Under the pieces are notes generated by a model. It had not been told where the DNA came from, did no database searches, and saw only the letters and a list, made by a program, of their open reading frames with translations. The translations under genes and the position numbers were made by a program. Below, piece by piece: positions 35,940-46,133 of a DNA stretch of 64,000 bases (positions are counted from its first letter, which is position 1; the number at the start of each line of letters is the position of its first letter). Origin of the DNA: Phycisphaerales bacterium (GTDB lineage Bacteria > Planctomycetota > Phycisphaerae > Sedimentisphaerales > UBA12454); contig PLMU01000010.1 in NCBI GenBank assembly GCA_003142595.1, forward strand, positions 98,412 through 162,411. Direction: 5' to 3'.

Positions 35940-37766
35940 TTAATTAATTATGGAGTTTTCGACTTTCACGGGTTCGATTAACGGCTTTGAAGCTTTGTAT
36001 AAATCCAGATGGCTTTTAATCGCCCCAAATATCTGTTTGTTATTTTTATTAACCAGATTCAGGGCTTTTTGCGCGGTTATGACAGCCTCGTCAAATCTGC
36101 CCGCTGAAGCGAAAGCGGCGGCGAGAGTATCAAGTATTCCGGGGTCGGCGAAGCCTGTTGCACGGCAGGCCCGCTGAGCAAGGCGGATTGCCTCGGAGGA
36201 GTTGCGATAATTAGGGTCGGGGCAGGTTGCGAAAATCCAGGCCAGATTATTCATTGTTACGGAATTGTCCGGTTCCATCTGAAGGGCTTTTTGAAAATAA
36301 TCAATCGCCTGTTTTAAATCGCCTCGGTTAGTTGAAACGCAGCCGAGGTTAATTATCGCATTAGCATAATTAGGCTTAATTTGAAGGGCTTTGTTAAAAT
36401 GTTCGGCCGCGAGAACGAGTTTACCCTGTTTATACAAGTCCTGACCGAGACAATTGTGCGCAATGAAATTATTATTTGTTACCTCGAGGGTGTGCGAGAA
36501 GAGGGTAGAGCTGTTATTCCAATACATTGTCTGTTTATATGCGGATATTCCGAGAGCTGTCAAGGCGGTCAGCATCAATACAGCGAGGACGATTTTTCGT
36601 TGAGGCTTTGCCGAAAGCAATTTGGCAAGAAGTTGGGGCAGAGACCAGGCAATCATTATGAACAGGCCTATATAAGGTATGTATGTGTAACGGTCGGCAT
36701 AAGACTGGGAGCCAACCTGAACGAGGCCAATGACAGGTATGAGAGTTCCAATAAACCAGAACCAGCCTGTCGGAAGGCAGCCGTAGTTTTTTCTCAGACG
36801 AAATACAACGGCTGAAATCGTAAACAGCAATAACGCACAAAGAGCAATCTGCCAAATCGGAAAACGGTGGGCATCAAAAGGATAAAATACGGCAAGATTT
36901 GATGGACGAAACAATTTGCCGATATACCTGGCATAAGAAAGGAAGACGTTGGCGACTCTATATTTGTAAGGAAGGGCATTGATATTTGATACCACGCCGC
37001 CACTTTTCATAACTAAAAAGGTGATAATGCTTGAGATGACCGAAAGAGCGAAGAAAGGAATTTTTTCCACCGTGAGGTGTCCTGCGGAGATTAGTAACTG
37101 AAAGGAAACGGAGCGTTTGCCGGTTTTATGTTCGGGGTTTTTATTCGCAAAACGATTCAGCGGCCAATAATCGAGAAGCAGAAGTACAAACGGTAAAGTA
37201 ACGAGCATGGGTTTAGTCATAAGACCCATCGCAAAGGCTGCAAGAGCAGCCGAATATCGAAATGCAGACGGGCGTTCGAGGCAGCGGAGCCAGGCGGCCA
37301 GTGTGAGCAGCCAGAAAAATGTGCTTAAAACGTCCTTGCGTTCGGCAATCCAGGCAACCGACTCTACGTGCATCGGATGAAGTGCAAATGCCGCGGCGAC
37401 AAATGCGCTTGGCCACAGTGCGCCTGTCATTTTTTTAAGAACCGCAAAGAGCAGTAAGGTATTTACGAGGTGCAAAAAGACATTTACAAGATGCATCCAG
37501 CCGGGACTGGGGCCGAACAATTGACAATCAAGCATAAGCGAAAGCCAGGTCAAAGGGTGCCAATGGGCCGAGAGGTTGGTGGTAAAAGCCCAGTAGACAG
37601 CGTCAGCGGTCAGGCCGTTTAGAACGTGGGGATTTTCATATACGTAAAAATTATCATCAAAATTAATAAAGCTGAAATTGCGGACCTGCCAAAAGACGAC
37701 GATAGTGCTCAACGCAAGGGCAAGATAAATGAGAATGACAAGAGATTTCCTGGCTGATTCCGGCAT
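35940..37766 (-). CDS. Polytopic membrane protein (GT-C/TMTC-like glycosyltransferase fold) with C-terminal TPR repeats
   Basis: The N-terminus FINFDDNFYVYENPHV plus ~10 TM segments resembles PMT/TMTC-type transferases. The C-terminus has 4-5 TPR units (AEHFNKALQIKPNYANAIINLG..., AIDYFQKALQMEPDN...). Confidence 0.65.
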   Translation of the reverse strand: MPESARKSLVILIYLALALSTIVVFWQVRNFSFINFDDNFYVYENPHVLNGLTADAVYWAFTTNLSAHWHPLTWLSLMLDCQLFGPSPGWMHLVNVFLHLVNTLLLFAVLKKMTGALWPSAFVAAAFALHPMHVESVAWIAERKDVLSTFFWLLTLAAWLRCLERPSAFRYSAALAAFAMGLMTKPMLVTLPFVLLLLDYWPLNRFANKNPEHKTGKRSVSFQLLISAGHLTVEKIPFFALSVISSIITFLVMKSGGVVSNINALPYKYRVANVFLSYARYIGKLFRPSNLAVFYPFDAHRFPIWQIALCALLLFTISAVVFRLRKNYGCLPTGWFWFIGTLIPVIGLVQVGSQSYADRYTYIPYIGLFIMIAWSLPQLLAKLLSAKPQRKIVLAVLMLTALTALGISAYKQTMYWNNSSTLFSHTLEVTNNNFIAHNCLGQDLYKQGKLVLAAEHFNKALQIKPNYANAIINLGCVSTNRGDLKQAIDYFQKALQMEPDNSVTMNNLAWIFATCPDPNYRNSSEAIRLAQRACRATGFADPGILDTLAAAFASAGRFDEAVITAQKALNLVNKNNKQIFGAIKSHLDLYKASKPLIEPVKVENSIIN

Positions 37767-37806
37767 AGTTTACAATGTATTGGATAGAAAATCCGCAGTC
37801 AAGCAA

Positions 37807-38298
37807 TTAACGGGCGACTTTGGGAGCGGATTTGCCGAGGCGGTCGAGGTAGCCGCGTAGAATGCCCAGATGTTTTTTTTCCTCTTCGATAATGGCCTTG
37901 AGTACGGGGACGTCCGAGTGGACGGCGGGAGTCATATTAGAATAAAAAGCGACAGAATCGGCTTCCATCTGCATCGCCATCTGCAGGGCTTTGGCAGTAT
38001 CGCCGCTGAGCGCGACCTGACGAACTTCGTCGGCGGTAGGTAGGATTAATTTGTAAAATTTGCCGGCAGTTGCGGTAATCTGGTCTTCGGTAAGTTTCGG
38101 GCCGCACTGCTCAAGGGGCAGAGAATGGAGCATTTTCTCGAAAGTCCATAGGTGATGCTTTTCCTGCTCGGCAAGCATAGTCGCGACGGCGGCTATCTGT
38201 GCGTTGCCTGCGCCGGCGGCCATCGACTCGTAAAAGGTTATTCCGAGCCGTTCCATCTGCATCGCAATCTGCAAAGCATAATCCGCTGAATGTGGCAT
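37807..38298 (-). CDS. Ferritin-like / rubrerythrin-family four-helix-bundle protein
   Basis: Duplicated A.QMErlG..FY...E..H half-sites (ALQIAMQMERLGITFY...EQEKHH; ALQMAMQMEADSVAFY...EEEKKH). Confidence 0.65.
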   Translation of the reverse strand: MPHSADYALQIAMQMERLGITFYESMAAGAGNAQIAAVATMLAEQEKHHLWTFEKMLHSLPLEQCGPKLTEDQITATAGKFYKLILPTADEVRQVALSGDTAKALQMAMQMEADSVAFYSNMTPAVHSDVPVLKAIIEEEKKHLGILRGYLDRLGKSAPKVAR

Positions 38299-38453
38299 AA
38301 TTTCAACTCCTAAGTATCGGGAGAATTATAACTTTGAATGAATAAAGAGCAATAGAGGAAAAACCTTGAAATCTTTACGTAATTATGCAAATTTTAATTG
38401 AATCGCAGCAGGATAAAAATTATTATAAAGACGAAAGGAGTCAGGCAGGGACG

Positions 38454-39440
38454 ATGAAAGGGATTTTGGCTGATACGATAGTGGTTGGGATTGACGAGGC
38501 GGGACTGGGGCCGATCCTTGGGCCGCTGGTAGTCTCGGCGGCGACTTTCAGTGTGCCGGAGGGGAATTCCGATAAATCGCTGGCTGATATGTGGCAGCTT
38601 CTCGGCGAGAGCATCGCATCAAACAAAAAACATCTGGCGGGCAGACTGCTCATTTGCGACAGCAAAAAGGCGTATAATCCGACAATCGGCACCGGACATC
38701 TGGAAAAAACTGTATTGTCCTGCCTGAAGTGCCTGGGGAAAAGCGCGTTTACGGTGGCGGAGCTTGTCGATTCGCTCGGGCCCGAATGCAAAGTAAAAAT
38801 TCTCGAAAGCCCATGGTTTAAAAATATCGCCCAGCAAAAAATAAATTTTAACGCTGATGAGATTTCCATCTCGGCCGGGGCGCTGGAGAGAAATCTTGAA
38901 AAAAACGGGATGGCGCTAATCGGGCTCAAGAGCTTTTGCCTCGACGCGGGATATTTTAATGAGCTGATTGGAAAAATCAGAAATAAATCGAGCGTTGTAT
39001 TTCAGATTGTCTGCAGACTTATCAATGAGACAATTAACGGCACGCAGCACCGCAATTATCATTTCAAAATCGACCGCCAGGGCGGCAGGATGCGATATGC
39101 TCAGCCGCTGATGACGATGTTCGGCGGAATGGACCTGAAAGTGCTGGAGGAAAACGATAATATAAGCAGCTACCAGCTTAGCACATCGTATAAGATGGTT
39201 AAACTGGATTTCGCGGTTGGAGCGGACGATATTTATCTGCCGACGAGCCTTGCCTCGATGACCAGCAAGTATCTGCGCGAACAGTTAATGGCGGCTCTTA
39301 ACGGATATTTTCTGGAGAGGTGCAGCCAACTGAAACCGACGGCAGGCTATTGGACCGATGGCAAAAGATTTTTGAATGACTTAAAAACAATCGCCCCGCA
39401 AATTCAATACGACCCACGACAGCTTATTAGATGCAGATAA
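38454..39440 (+). CDS. Divergent, elongated RNase HII-family protein
   Basis: VGIDEAGLGPILGPLVV (DEAGRGP box), ICDSKKAY (DSK box), and GADDIYLPTSLASMTSKYLRE (AD...AASI.AK..R box). TAGYWTDGKRFL resembles the archaeal-type GSGYPSD. Start set at ATG 38454, 13 nt after AAAGGAG. Confidence 0.5.
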   Translation: MKGILADTIVVGIDEAGLGPILGPLVVSAATFSVPEGNSDKSLADMWQLLGESIASNKKHLAGRLLICDSKKAYNPTIGTGHLEKTVLSCLKCLGKSAFTVAELVDSLGPECKVKILESPWFKNIAQQKINFNADEISISAGALERNLEKNGMALIGLKSFCLDAGYFNELIGKIRNKSSVVFQIVCRLINETINGTQHRNYHFKIDRQGGRMRYAQPLMTMFGGMDLKVLEENDNISSYQLSTSYKMVKLDFAVGADDIYLPTSLASMTSKYLREQLMAALNGYFLERCSQLKPTAGYWTDGKRFLNDLKTIAPQIQYDPRQLIRCR

Positions 39441-39476
39441 TTTATAGCCACCAAGGCACAAAGAATTTAAGCAGCT

Positions 39477-39872
39477 TTATCCGGGCGATTTTTCAGACAT
39501 TTTTTCGGCCATATCGCCGGCGATTGGGAGCTTAAACATTTCGCCCTGAAAGGCCTTGACCATAAGCAGAATCCAAAGAACCAAACCCACTAAACCTATA
39601 AGAGGATAAAGCAAAGTAAAAACAGGAACCAGAACGTATAAGTGTATCGCGACTAATATTCCTGAAAAAATTCCTAACGCAATCTGCAAAACAGTTAACG
39701 CTCCGAAAACAACCAAAGACTGGGCGGCATGAAAACGGACGAATTTATTTTCTTTCTCGATGAGAAAGAAAATAAGGCCTGTAATCCAACCTAATACATA
39801 GCAGAGCAATCCGGCGACGTTGGGCTGCATACCTGTCGAAGACTTTCCTAAATCCTTTGGTTCCATAGACAC
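39477..39872 (-). CDS. DUF4870-family membrane protein
   Basis: AGLLCYVLGWITGLIFFLIEKENKFVRFHAAQSLVVFG is the characteristic block; 3-4 TM segments. Confidence 0.65.
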   Translation of the reverse strand: MSMEPKDLGKSSTGMQPNVAGLLCYVLGWITGLIFFLIEKENKFVRFHAAQSLVVFGALTVLQIALGIFSGILVAIHLYVLVPVFTLLYPLIGLVGLVLWILLMVKAFQGEMFKLPIAGDMAEKMSEKSPG

Positions 39873-39948
39873 TCCTTTCCAATTTAATGTCTATACCGAT
39901 GGTTAGACAGTATTATTATACCACTGCCGCACGAAAGCAAAAGCGATT

Positions 39949-40581
39949 TTAAATTTTTCTCATCAGGCCGACGACGATGCCGGCGATGGTGCAGTTTTGT
40001 GTGTAAATCGGCTCGTAAGAGGGATTTGAGGGCTCAAGGCGGACTCTGTCGGCCTCTCTGTAAAACCTTTTTACGGTTGCACTGTCGCTGTCAACAATAG
40101 CGGCGACGATCTTGCCATTCGGTGCGGTCTGGACTTTTTTGCAGACGACGTAATCGCCGTCGAAAATGCCGTCGCCAGTCATACTATCGCCCTGGACTTT
40201 TAAAGCAAATGTGTCTTCGTTCGAACCAAATTCGGATTGCAAAGAGATATGCTCAATATTTTCAATCGCTTCAATCGGCGGACCTGCAGCGATTCTTCCG
40301 AGCAGGGGAATACTGTCCTGCTCGTCAGTGTCAATTTGCGATTCAAGCAACTTTTGCGCTTTGGGGGTAAGACTCAAAGAGCGAGCCTTGCCAGGGTGCG
40401 CTGAAAGCAGACCTTTTTCTTTTAGACCCGCGACGTGCTCGAATGCCGTCGGCCGGCTTGTGCCCAGCGATTGAGCCAACTCCTGAAGCGTTATCGAATA
40501 GCAGCGGTTCCTTCTGTAGCTGTCTATCAGCTTCAAGACCTGCAACTGGCGGGGCGTTAGATTCTGATTTATCGATGTCAA
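39949..40581 (-). CDS. lexA: LexA repressor (S24 peptidase)
   Basis: N-terminal wHTH (LTPRQLQVLKLI...ITLQELAQSLGTSRPTAFEHVAGLKEKGLL), cleavage-site region GRIAAG, and the catalytic GDSM...VAAIV...ATVKRF (Ser/Lys dyad contexts). Confidence 0.9.
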   Translation of the reverse strand: MTSINQNLTPRQLQVLKLIDSYRRNRCYSITLQELAQSLGTSRPTAFEHVAGLKEKGLLSAHPGKARSLSLTPKAQKLLESQIDTDEQDSIPLLGRIAAGPPIEAIENIEHISLQSEFGSNEDTFALKVQGDSMTGDGIFDGDYVVCKKVQTAPNGKIVAAIVDSDSATVKRFYREADRVRLEPSNPSYEPIYTQNCTIAGIVVGLMRKI

Positions 40582-40840
40582 TTTCGTTCTCCAAATCTGC
40601 GGTTAATTGTGCGCCATTAATGGCGAGATTTATTTTTTCAATTGTGGAATTTTGCAGCAGTTCCTCATTTATCACGACATCAAGCATTTTGGCGATGGCT
40701 TTTAAGAGCGAACCAATCGGCCGGCGAGGAACTTTTGATTCTGTTTTGTCGGGCCAATAATCCTCAATAAAATCTCCGCCTGGACCGAATCTGCAAACAG
40801 GAAAATTTTTGTCATTATTAAATCTTTTGTTTTTGTCCAT
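40343..40840 (-). CDS. Questionable ORF: ~86 unique codons upstream of lexA, then 239 nt out-of-frame overlap with lexA
   Basis: An ATG sits at 40840. The unique N-terminal part (MDKNKRFNNDKNFPVCRFGPGGDFIEDYWPDKTESKVPRRPIGSLLKAIAKMLDVVINEELLQ...) looks protein-like. The overlapping part is Ala/Gly/Arg/Ser-rich, as expected for an off-frame read. Confidence 0.25.
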   Translation of the reverse strand: MDKNKRFNNDKNFPVCRFGPGGDFIEDYWPDKTESKVPRRPIGSLLKAIAKMLDVVINEELLQNSTIEKINLAINGAQLTADLENEIDIDKSESNAPPVAGLEADRQLQKEPLLFDNASGVGSIAGHKPADGIRARRGSKRKRSAFSAPWQGSLFESYPQSAKVA

Positions 40841-41422
40841 TTTTCACTTCCTTTTTTTTAGCAAGAGTCATATCGACAGAGGGGTCCGAAGAACCCTAAC
40901 AAAAACCGAACAAAATTAAGAAATTTTAAAAAAATTTTAAAATCGCAATTCTGTGCCAGCCAAATCGGGTTATATGGGACCAAAGAACTGAAAATTTAAG
41001 ATTTAAGATTGAAGATTTAAAAGAGGGAGAAATTCTAAAGTGAGTTTATTATCAAATGCTGAATAAAAATTATTTATTTTAAAACATATAAGAACAAAGA
41101 AACGTACTGTTAATAGAAGCAAGAGATGAGAAGCAAAGAGAACCGGAAACGGGACTCAAAGCTTCCCATCCTTACTTCTCTTTTTATGCGCATTTTGTGC
41201 GCAAAACAAAAAAGCAGAGGAAGAAATTGTCAATATTTTATCATTCGACCAGATGTCTGATTGATATCAAACCCCCATTAGTGGTGCTGTAAAGAGGGGT
41301 TATGGGAACTACTTGACTTTGGGGGTGTTTCATACCTATTGTTATTGTCTTTTGTTTTAATTCCACTCCTAAGGCAGGACGGGAAAATCTTTTATAACTT
41401 ATTCAAGGGATTGTGTCTTTAA

Positions 41423-43204
41423 ATGAAATTGGACCATAGCCAAATCAGCCGAATACAACAGGCTAATGATATCATTGATGTAATCTCAGAACATGTCAAA
41501 CTGACCCGCAAGGGCAGGGAAATGGTGGGTCTCTGTCCGTTCCACGATGACCACAAGCCGAGTATGAATGTCAATCCGGACAAGCAAATCTTCAAGTGCT
41601 TCGCGTGCAGCGCAGGCGGAGATGTAATCAAATTCATCCAGATGCGCGAGGGACTGACCTTTATGCGGGCAATAGAAAGACTTGCCGAGCGGGCAGGGAT
41701 AAAACTTACACTGCCGAAAAGAACCCCCGGCGAGCAATCAGATGCCGACCCGACTGATATAGAAAAAGTCAACCGCTGGGCGTTGAAATACTGGCAGAAA
41801 AATCTGCTCGATAAGACAATCGGAGAAAAATGCAGAGAGTATGTCAAACAGCGGCAGATGACGGAACAAACGGCCCAGGAATATTCGCTGGGGTTCGCTA
41901 CTGAAAAATGGGATGATTTTTTAAACGCAGCGAAAAAGAAAATACCTGAAAAATTGCTGCTTGCGGCTGGACTGATTGTTACCAACGAGCAGAATCATCT
42001 TTACGACAAGTTTCGCAACCGTCTTATGTTTCCGATAATCGACGCATCATCGAGAGTTGTCGGATTCGGCGGAAGGACGCTTGGCGACGACCCGGCGAAA
42101 TATATGAATTCGCCGACGACTTTAATTTTCGATAAGAGCAACTGCGTTTACGGTCTTGATAAAGCGAGGCACGAAATCGTATCGAGTGGGACGGTGGCGG
42201 TTGTGGAAGGTTATACAGATGTGATTATGACTCACCAGGCGGGCTGCAAAAATGTCGTCGCGACGCTTGGAACGAGTTTTACGTCGGGGCACGCGAGGCT
42301 GCTGAGACGATACGCGAAAAATATAGTTTTGATTTTCGACAGCGATACGGCCGGCGCAGCGGCGGCGGAAAGAGCGCTGGAAATTTGCCTTGCTGAGAGA
42401 ATAGATATTAAACTTGCTTCTGTGCCGCAGGGAAAAGACCCGTGCGATTTTGTGCTGGCAAAGGGCGGCGAAGAGTTTAAGAAAATAATTAATACGGCGA
42501 CGGATGTAATGAAATATCGCTGGGACAGGATGACGGAAAAATTCGGCAGCAGCGATAATATGACCGACAGGCGGGCGGCAACGGAAGAATTTCTGCGGAC
42601 TGTGGCCACGGCTTCCAGGGGCGGAACGCTGGACACTATAACTTTTGGGTTAATAATAAATAGATTAAGCAAAATATTACAAATACCGTCTGAAGATATC
42701 AGAAAAGAACTGACCCGCCGGGGCGGACAATCGGGACAAGCGGTGATAAATACAATTGAAAACGCGAAAGTCTCGAGTGTTGAACTTGAAGGGTTCGGAG
42801 AAAAGGCACAGGCTGAAATAATCGAGGTTCTGCTTAACGAGCCGCGGCTGTTTGAATCGGCGGCAAAGAGAATCAAGGCAGAAGATTTCGATGTGCCGAT
42901 TTTAAAGGATATCTGGACTCTCATCGAACAAACATTGGCCGGCGGTGTAGAATTTTCGTTGACTAATCTGCTTGCAAAGACTGAATCCGAGCAGGTTTCC
43001 GGGCTCTTGGTCAAATTGAGCGATAACGGACAGGACGGCGATACGCTTAGGAACCGTCTTAAAGGTGCGATAAACGCGATGGAGGAGTATAAACAAAAAA
43101 AGAGTCGAAACAATAAAAAAACAGGTGACGATGAAATTCTGCGTAAGATTTCAGCGGTAAAATCAAAGCCGGACAGAAGAAATCCGGGATTGATGCCAAT
43201 ATAA
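41423..43204 (+). CDS. dnaG: DNA primase
   Basis: Zinc finger CPFHDDHKPSMNVNPDKQIFKCFACSAGGDVIKF, the RNA-polymerase core, and TOPRIM (VVEGYTDVI...IFDSDTAG). Confidence 0.93.
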   Translation: MKLDHSQISRIQQANDIIDVISEHVKLTRKGREMVGLCPFHDDHKPSMNVNPDKQIFKCFACSAGGDVIKFIQMREGLTFMRAIERLAERAGIKLTLPKRTPGEQSDADPTDIEKVNRWALKYWQKNLLDKTIGEKCREYVKQRQMTEQTAQEYSLGFATEKWDDFLNAAKKKIPEKLLLAAGLIVTNEQNHLYDKFRNRLMFPIIDASSRVVGFGGRTLGDDPAKYMNSPTTLIFDKSNCVYGLDKARHEIVSSGTVAVVEGYTDVIMTHQAGCKNVVATLGTSFTSGHARLLRRYAKNIVLIFDSDTAGAAAAERALEICLAERIDIKLASVPQGKDPCDFVLAKGGEEFKKIINTATDVMKYRWDRMTEKFGSSDNMTDRRAATEEFLRTVATASRGGTLDTITFGLIINRLSKILQIPSEDIRKELTRRGGQSGQAVINTIENAKVSSVELEGFGEKAQAEIIEVLLNEPRLFESAAKRIKAEDFDVPILKDIWTLIEQTLAGGVEFSLTNLLAKTESEQVSGLLVKLSDNGQDGDTLRNRLKGAINAMEEYKQKKSRNNKKTGDDEILRKISAVKSKPDRRNPGLMPI

Positions 43205-43238
43205 AAATTAATAATCATTAAATCTCAGGAAAAAAATA

Positions 43239-45086
43239 GTGGCAAAGAAAAAAACGGAAGGCAAAGTAAAAAAGAGTCAAAAACCTTTGGAAAAAGCGGT
43301 TGAAAAGAAACCTGAAGCGGCGACGGTCGCGCAGGACGTGAAAAATCAGCCGCCGCAGCAAGGGCAGGAGCAACCGGCGGGCGAGCAGCCTAAAAAGCCT
43401 GAATCACTTGAAGATAAAATCAAGCTTATCATCGAAAAGGCCAAGAAGAAAGGTTACATAACCTACGAAGAGATGAATAACGAGCTGCCTGATGAGTCGA
43501 TATCCGCGGCAAGACTCGAAAGTCTGATTATGACTCTGGATGAAATGGGGATAAGCCTGCTCGATGAGTCCGAGATGGAAAAACAGGCCGACGATGAAGA
43601 CGGATTCGAGGTTGACGACGAGGCCCTTGTCGATGAGGAAATTGAAGCAGAAGAGAGCGAAGATGCACTGCTTGAGACCGAACTGGTAGAGGGCAGCGTC
43701 GGAAGGATTGATGACCCTGTGAGGATGTATCTTACGCAGATGGGCGAGATACCGCTGCTTACGCGCGACCAGGAAATATCGCTGGCCCGCAAAATAGAGC
43801 TGACACGAATGGCGTTTCGGCGAAAGGTCCTGGAAAGCGATTACAGCGCAAGAGCCGCGATAGATATTCTGCAGCAGGTAAGCGATGGGTCGCTGCCGTT
43901 CGACAGGACGATGAAGATGAGCACGGCGGAAAATCTTATTCGTTCCGTTGTCAGGACGAGACTGCCGGAAAATATAAGAACTGCCAATAAACTGCTCGAT
44001 AAGAATAGAAAACTATTCGCACAGTTTATTGGGACGCAGGACGAGACAGAAAAGAAAAAAGCAGCAAAACAGCTGAAGCGCAACCGCATCAAAATCGCAA
44101 GTCTTCTCGAGGAATTGAGCCTGCGGACAAGCAGGATACAGCCGATGATGAAAAAACTGGAAGGCATTTTGTCCAAGATACACCAGCTCCTCCAGTATAT
44201 ATCCTCAGGGCCGAACGCAGAGATTATCGAGGAAGATATCGACGCGATGAAGCAGGAATTCAATGGAATGCAGGATATGGTTCTGGAGACGCCGGAGCAG
44301 CTTGAAAAACGGCTCAAAGCGGTGCGTGCGGTTTTTGCGCAGTACGAGCTTGCCAAGAGACTGCTTTCGAGTGGCAATTTAAGACTTGTTGTGTCAATCG
44401 CCAAAAAGTACCGCAACAGAGGCCTGAGTTTTCTGGATATTATCCAGGAAGGCAATACTGGCCTGATGCGCGCGGTCGATAAATACGAATACCGCAGAGG
44501 ATATAAGTTCAGCACATACGCAACGTGGTGGATTCGACAGGCTATCACCAGAGCAATCGCAGACCACGCGCGAACAATCAGAATTCCTGTTCATATGATT
44601 GAGACGATGAGCAGGCTGCGGACTGTCAGCAAAGAGCTTCTGCAAAAGCTGGGAAGAGAGCCAACAATAGAGGAAATCGCAACCGAAACAGCTTTGACCG
44701 TTTCAGAGGCCAGACGTGTTCTGAAAATTTCGAAGCATCCGATAAGTCTCGACAGGCCGATAGGCGAAAGCGAAGACAGCTATTTCGGCGATTTTATCGA
44801 AGACGAATCGGCTGAGTCGCCGGTGCAGTCGGCAGCGCATGAAATGCTGAAAGAGAGAATCGATGAAATATTAAAGACGCTGACCTATCGCGAACGTGAG
44901 ATTATCAAACTGCGTTACGGCCTGGGCGACGGATATACATATACGCTCGAAGAGGTCGGCAGAATATTTAAAGTAACACGCGAGCGAGTCCGGCAGGTCG
45001 AAGCAAAGGCGATACGAAAACTTCAGCACCCTGTAAGAAGCAGAAGACTGGAAGGTTTTGTCGACCAGAATAGCGCTACAGTATAA
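43239..45086 (+). CDS. rpoD: Primary RNA polymerase sigma factor (sigma-70)
   Basis: GTG start, acidic region 1, and [21 protein letters not shown]. Region 2 is [57 protein letters not shown]. Region 4 is [28 protein letters not shown]. Confidence 0.95.
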   Translation: MAKKKTEGKVKKSQKPLEKAVEKKPEAATVAQDVKNQPPQQGQEQPAGEQPKKPESLEDKIKLIIEKAKKKGYITYEEMNNELPDESISAARLESLIMTLDEMGISLLDESEMEKQADDEDGFEVDDEALVDEEIEAEESEDALLETELVEGSVGRIDDPVRMYLTQMGEIPLLTRDQEISLARKIELTRMAFRRKVLESDYSARAAIDILQQVSDGSLPFDRTMKMSTAENLIRSVVRTRLPENIRTANKLLDKNRKLFAQFIGTQDETEKKKAAKQLKRNRIKIASLLEELSLRTSRIQPMMKKLEGILSKIHQLLQYISSGPNAEIIEEDIDAMKQEFNGMQDMVLETPEQLEKRLKAVRAVFAQYELAKRLLSSGNLRLVVSIAKKYRNRGLSFLDIIQEGNTGLMRAVDKYEYRRGYKFSTYATWWIRQAITRAIADHARTIRIPVHMIETMSRLRTVSKELLQKLGREPTIEEIATETALTVSEARRVLKISKHPISLDRPIGESEDSYFGDFIEDESAESPVQSAAHEMLKERIDEILKTLTYREREIIKLRYGLGDGYTYTLEEVGRIFKVTRERVRQVEAKAIRKLQHPVRSRRLEGFVDQNSATV

Positions 45087-45095
45087 AAAAAGAGA

Positions 45096-46031
45096 TTATT
45101 CTGCTAACGGCTCGTAGAATTTTTCCGGTTTATCGCCGAGCGTGTTAATGAGTGTGCCGATTTTTTCGATTTCACATTCTATTTTGTCACCGGCCTTTAG
45201 ATAATTTCCGGTTGCCATCGCCACACCTTCTGGAGTTCCTGTAGCGATAATATCGCCCGGCTGCAATGTCATCATATAACTTAAAAAAGATACGATTTCG
45301 TAAACGTTAAAAATCATATCGGAAGTGTTTGCGTTTTGGCGGGTTTCGCCGTTGACCTTCAGGGTCATTTGCAAATCCTGCGGATTTTCGATTTCATCGA
45401 CTGTAACGATGCAGGGGCCAAGCGGCAGGAAACCATCTGCCCATTTACCGTTGAGCCAATCGTAAAATTCATCCCACGGTCTTTTTTCTCTGGCCTCTTT
45501 AAAAGTTACACTGCGGGCGGAAACATCGTTTGCGATTGTGTAGCCTGCGATATAATTTTTGGCCGTTTGGGGGCTGACGCATTTTGCCTCTTTGCCGATA
45601 ACAATAGCAAGTTCGATTTCATAATCGATTTCTCTGCTGTATGCCGGCCAGGGGATTACGCAGTTGGGGTGATTAATCACGGTGTTTGGTTTGATAAACG
45701 GCCGGGGGACGGTTGTTTTTCGCGGCGAAGCGGTCAGGCCGAGTTTCAGGCCCGCTTCGATAATATGTTTTGCGTAATTGCCGGCAAGGGCGAGAATTTT
45801 GCCGGGCTCTGGAATCGGAGCCAAAATCTCGACTCCGGCAGGGTTAAGAAAAATAGTGCTTTTATTGGCAATAGTTTTAATTTTTTCTAGGTAATCCGGA
45901 ACTTCGGTAAAAATCTGTTTGATGCTTAACGGCTTATTCGGCTGCTGCAGCGAGGTTAAGTTCACAATCCCGTTTTTGGTTAAGACACCGCAGGAAATAT
46001 AAGCGTTTTTTCTAAATGTGACCAGTTTCAT
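45096..46031 (-). CDS. Fumarylacetoacetate hydrolase (FAH) family protein
   Basis: IDYEIELAIVIG, GYTIANDVSAR, and GDIIATGTPEGV motifs. Confidence 0.85.
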   Translation of the reverse strand: MKLVTFRKNAYISCGVLTKNGIVNLTSLQQPNKPLSIKQIFTEVPDYLEKIKTIANKSTIFLNPAGVEILAPIPEPGKILALAGNYAKHIIEAGLKLGLTASPRKTTVPRPFIKPNTVINHPNCVIPWPAYSREIDYEIELAIVIGKEAKCVSPQTAKNYIAGYTIANDVSARSVTFKEAREKRPWDEFYDWLNGKWADGFLPLGPCIVTVDEIENPQDLQMTLKVNGETRQNANTSDMIFNVYEIVSFLSYMMTLQPGDIIATGTPEGVAMATGNYLKAGDKIECEIEKIGTLINTLGDKPEKFYEPLAE

Positions 46032-46133
46032 CTAAAATTCGCCTTAAATTAACGATTTTTTCTTGCTTTTATGGGACTTTGACTACATTATACTTATATA
46101 TATCTATAAATCAAAGGATTGAAAGTTTTATAG

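Noticed and set aside
40841-41110. LexA/SOS box upstream of lexA
   Set aside because: I found no CTGT-N8-ACAG, GAAC-N4-GTTC or other clean palindrome. TACTGTTAATAG at ~41095 lacks the second half-site. The LexA motif of this lineage is unknown to me.
42232-43218. 328-aa ORF antisense to dnaG
   Set aside because: It lies entirely within the strongly recognisable primase gene on the other strand. Its translation is Ser/Leu/Phe/Arg-rich low-complexity sequence typical of antisense reads, and it has no motif.
43841-44548. 235-aa ORF antisense to rpoD
   Set aside because: It overlaps sigma-70 regions 1.2-2, which are unambiguous on the plus strand. The antisense peptide is Ser/Leu/Arg-rich.
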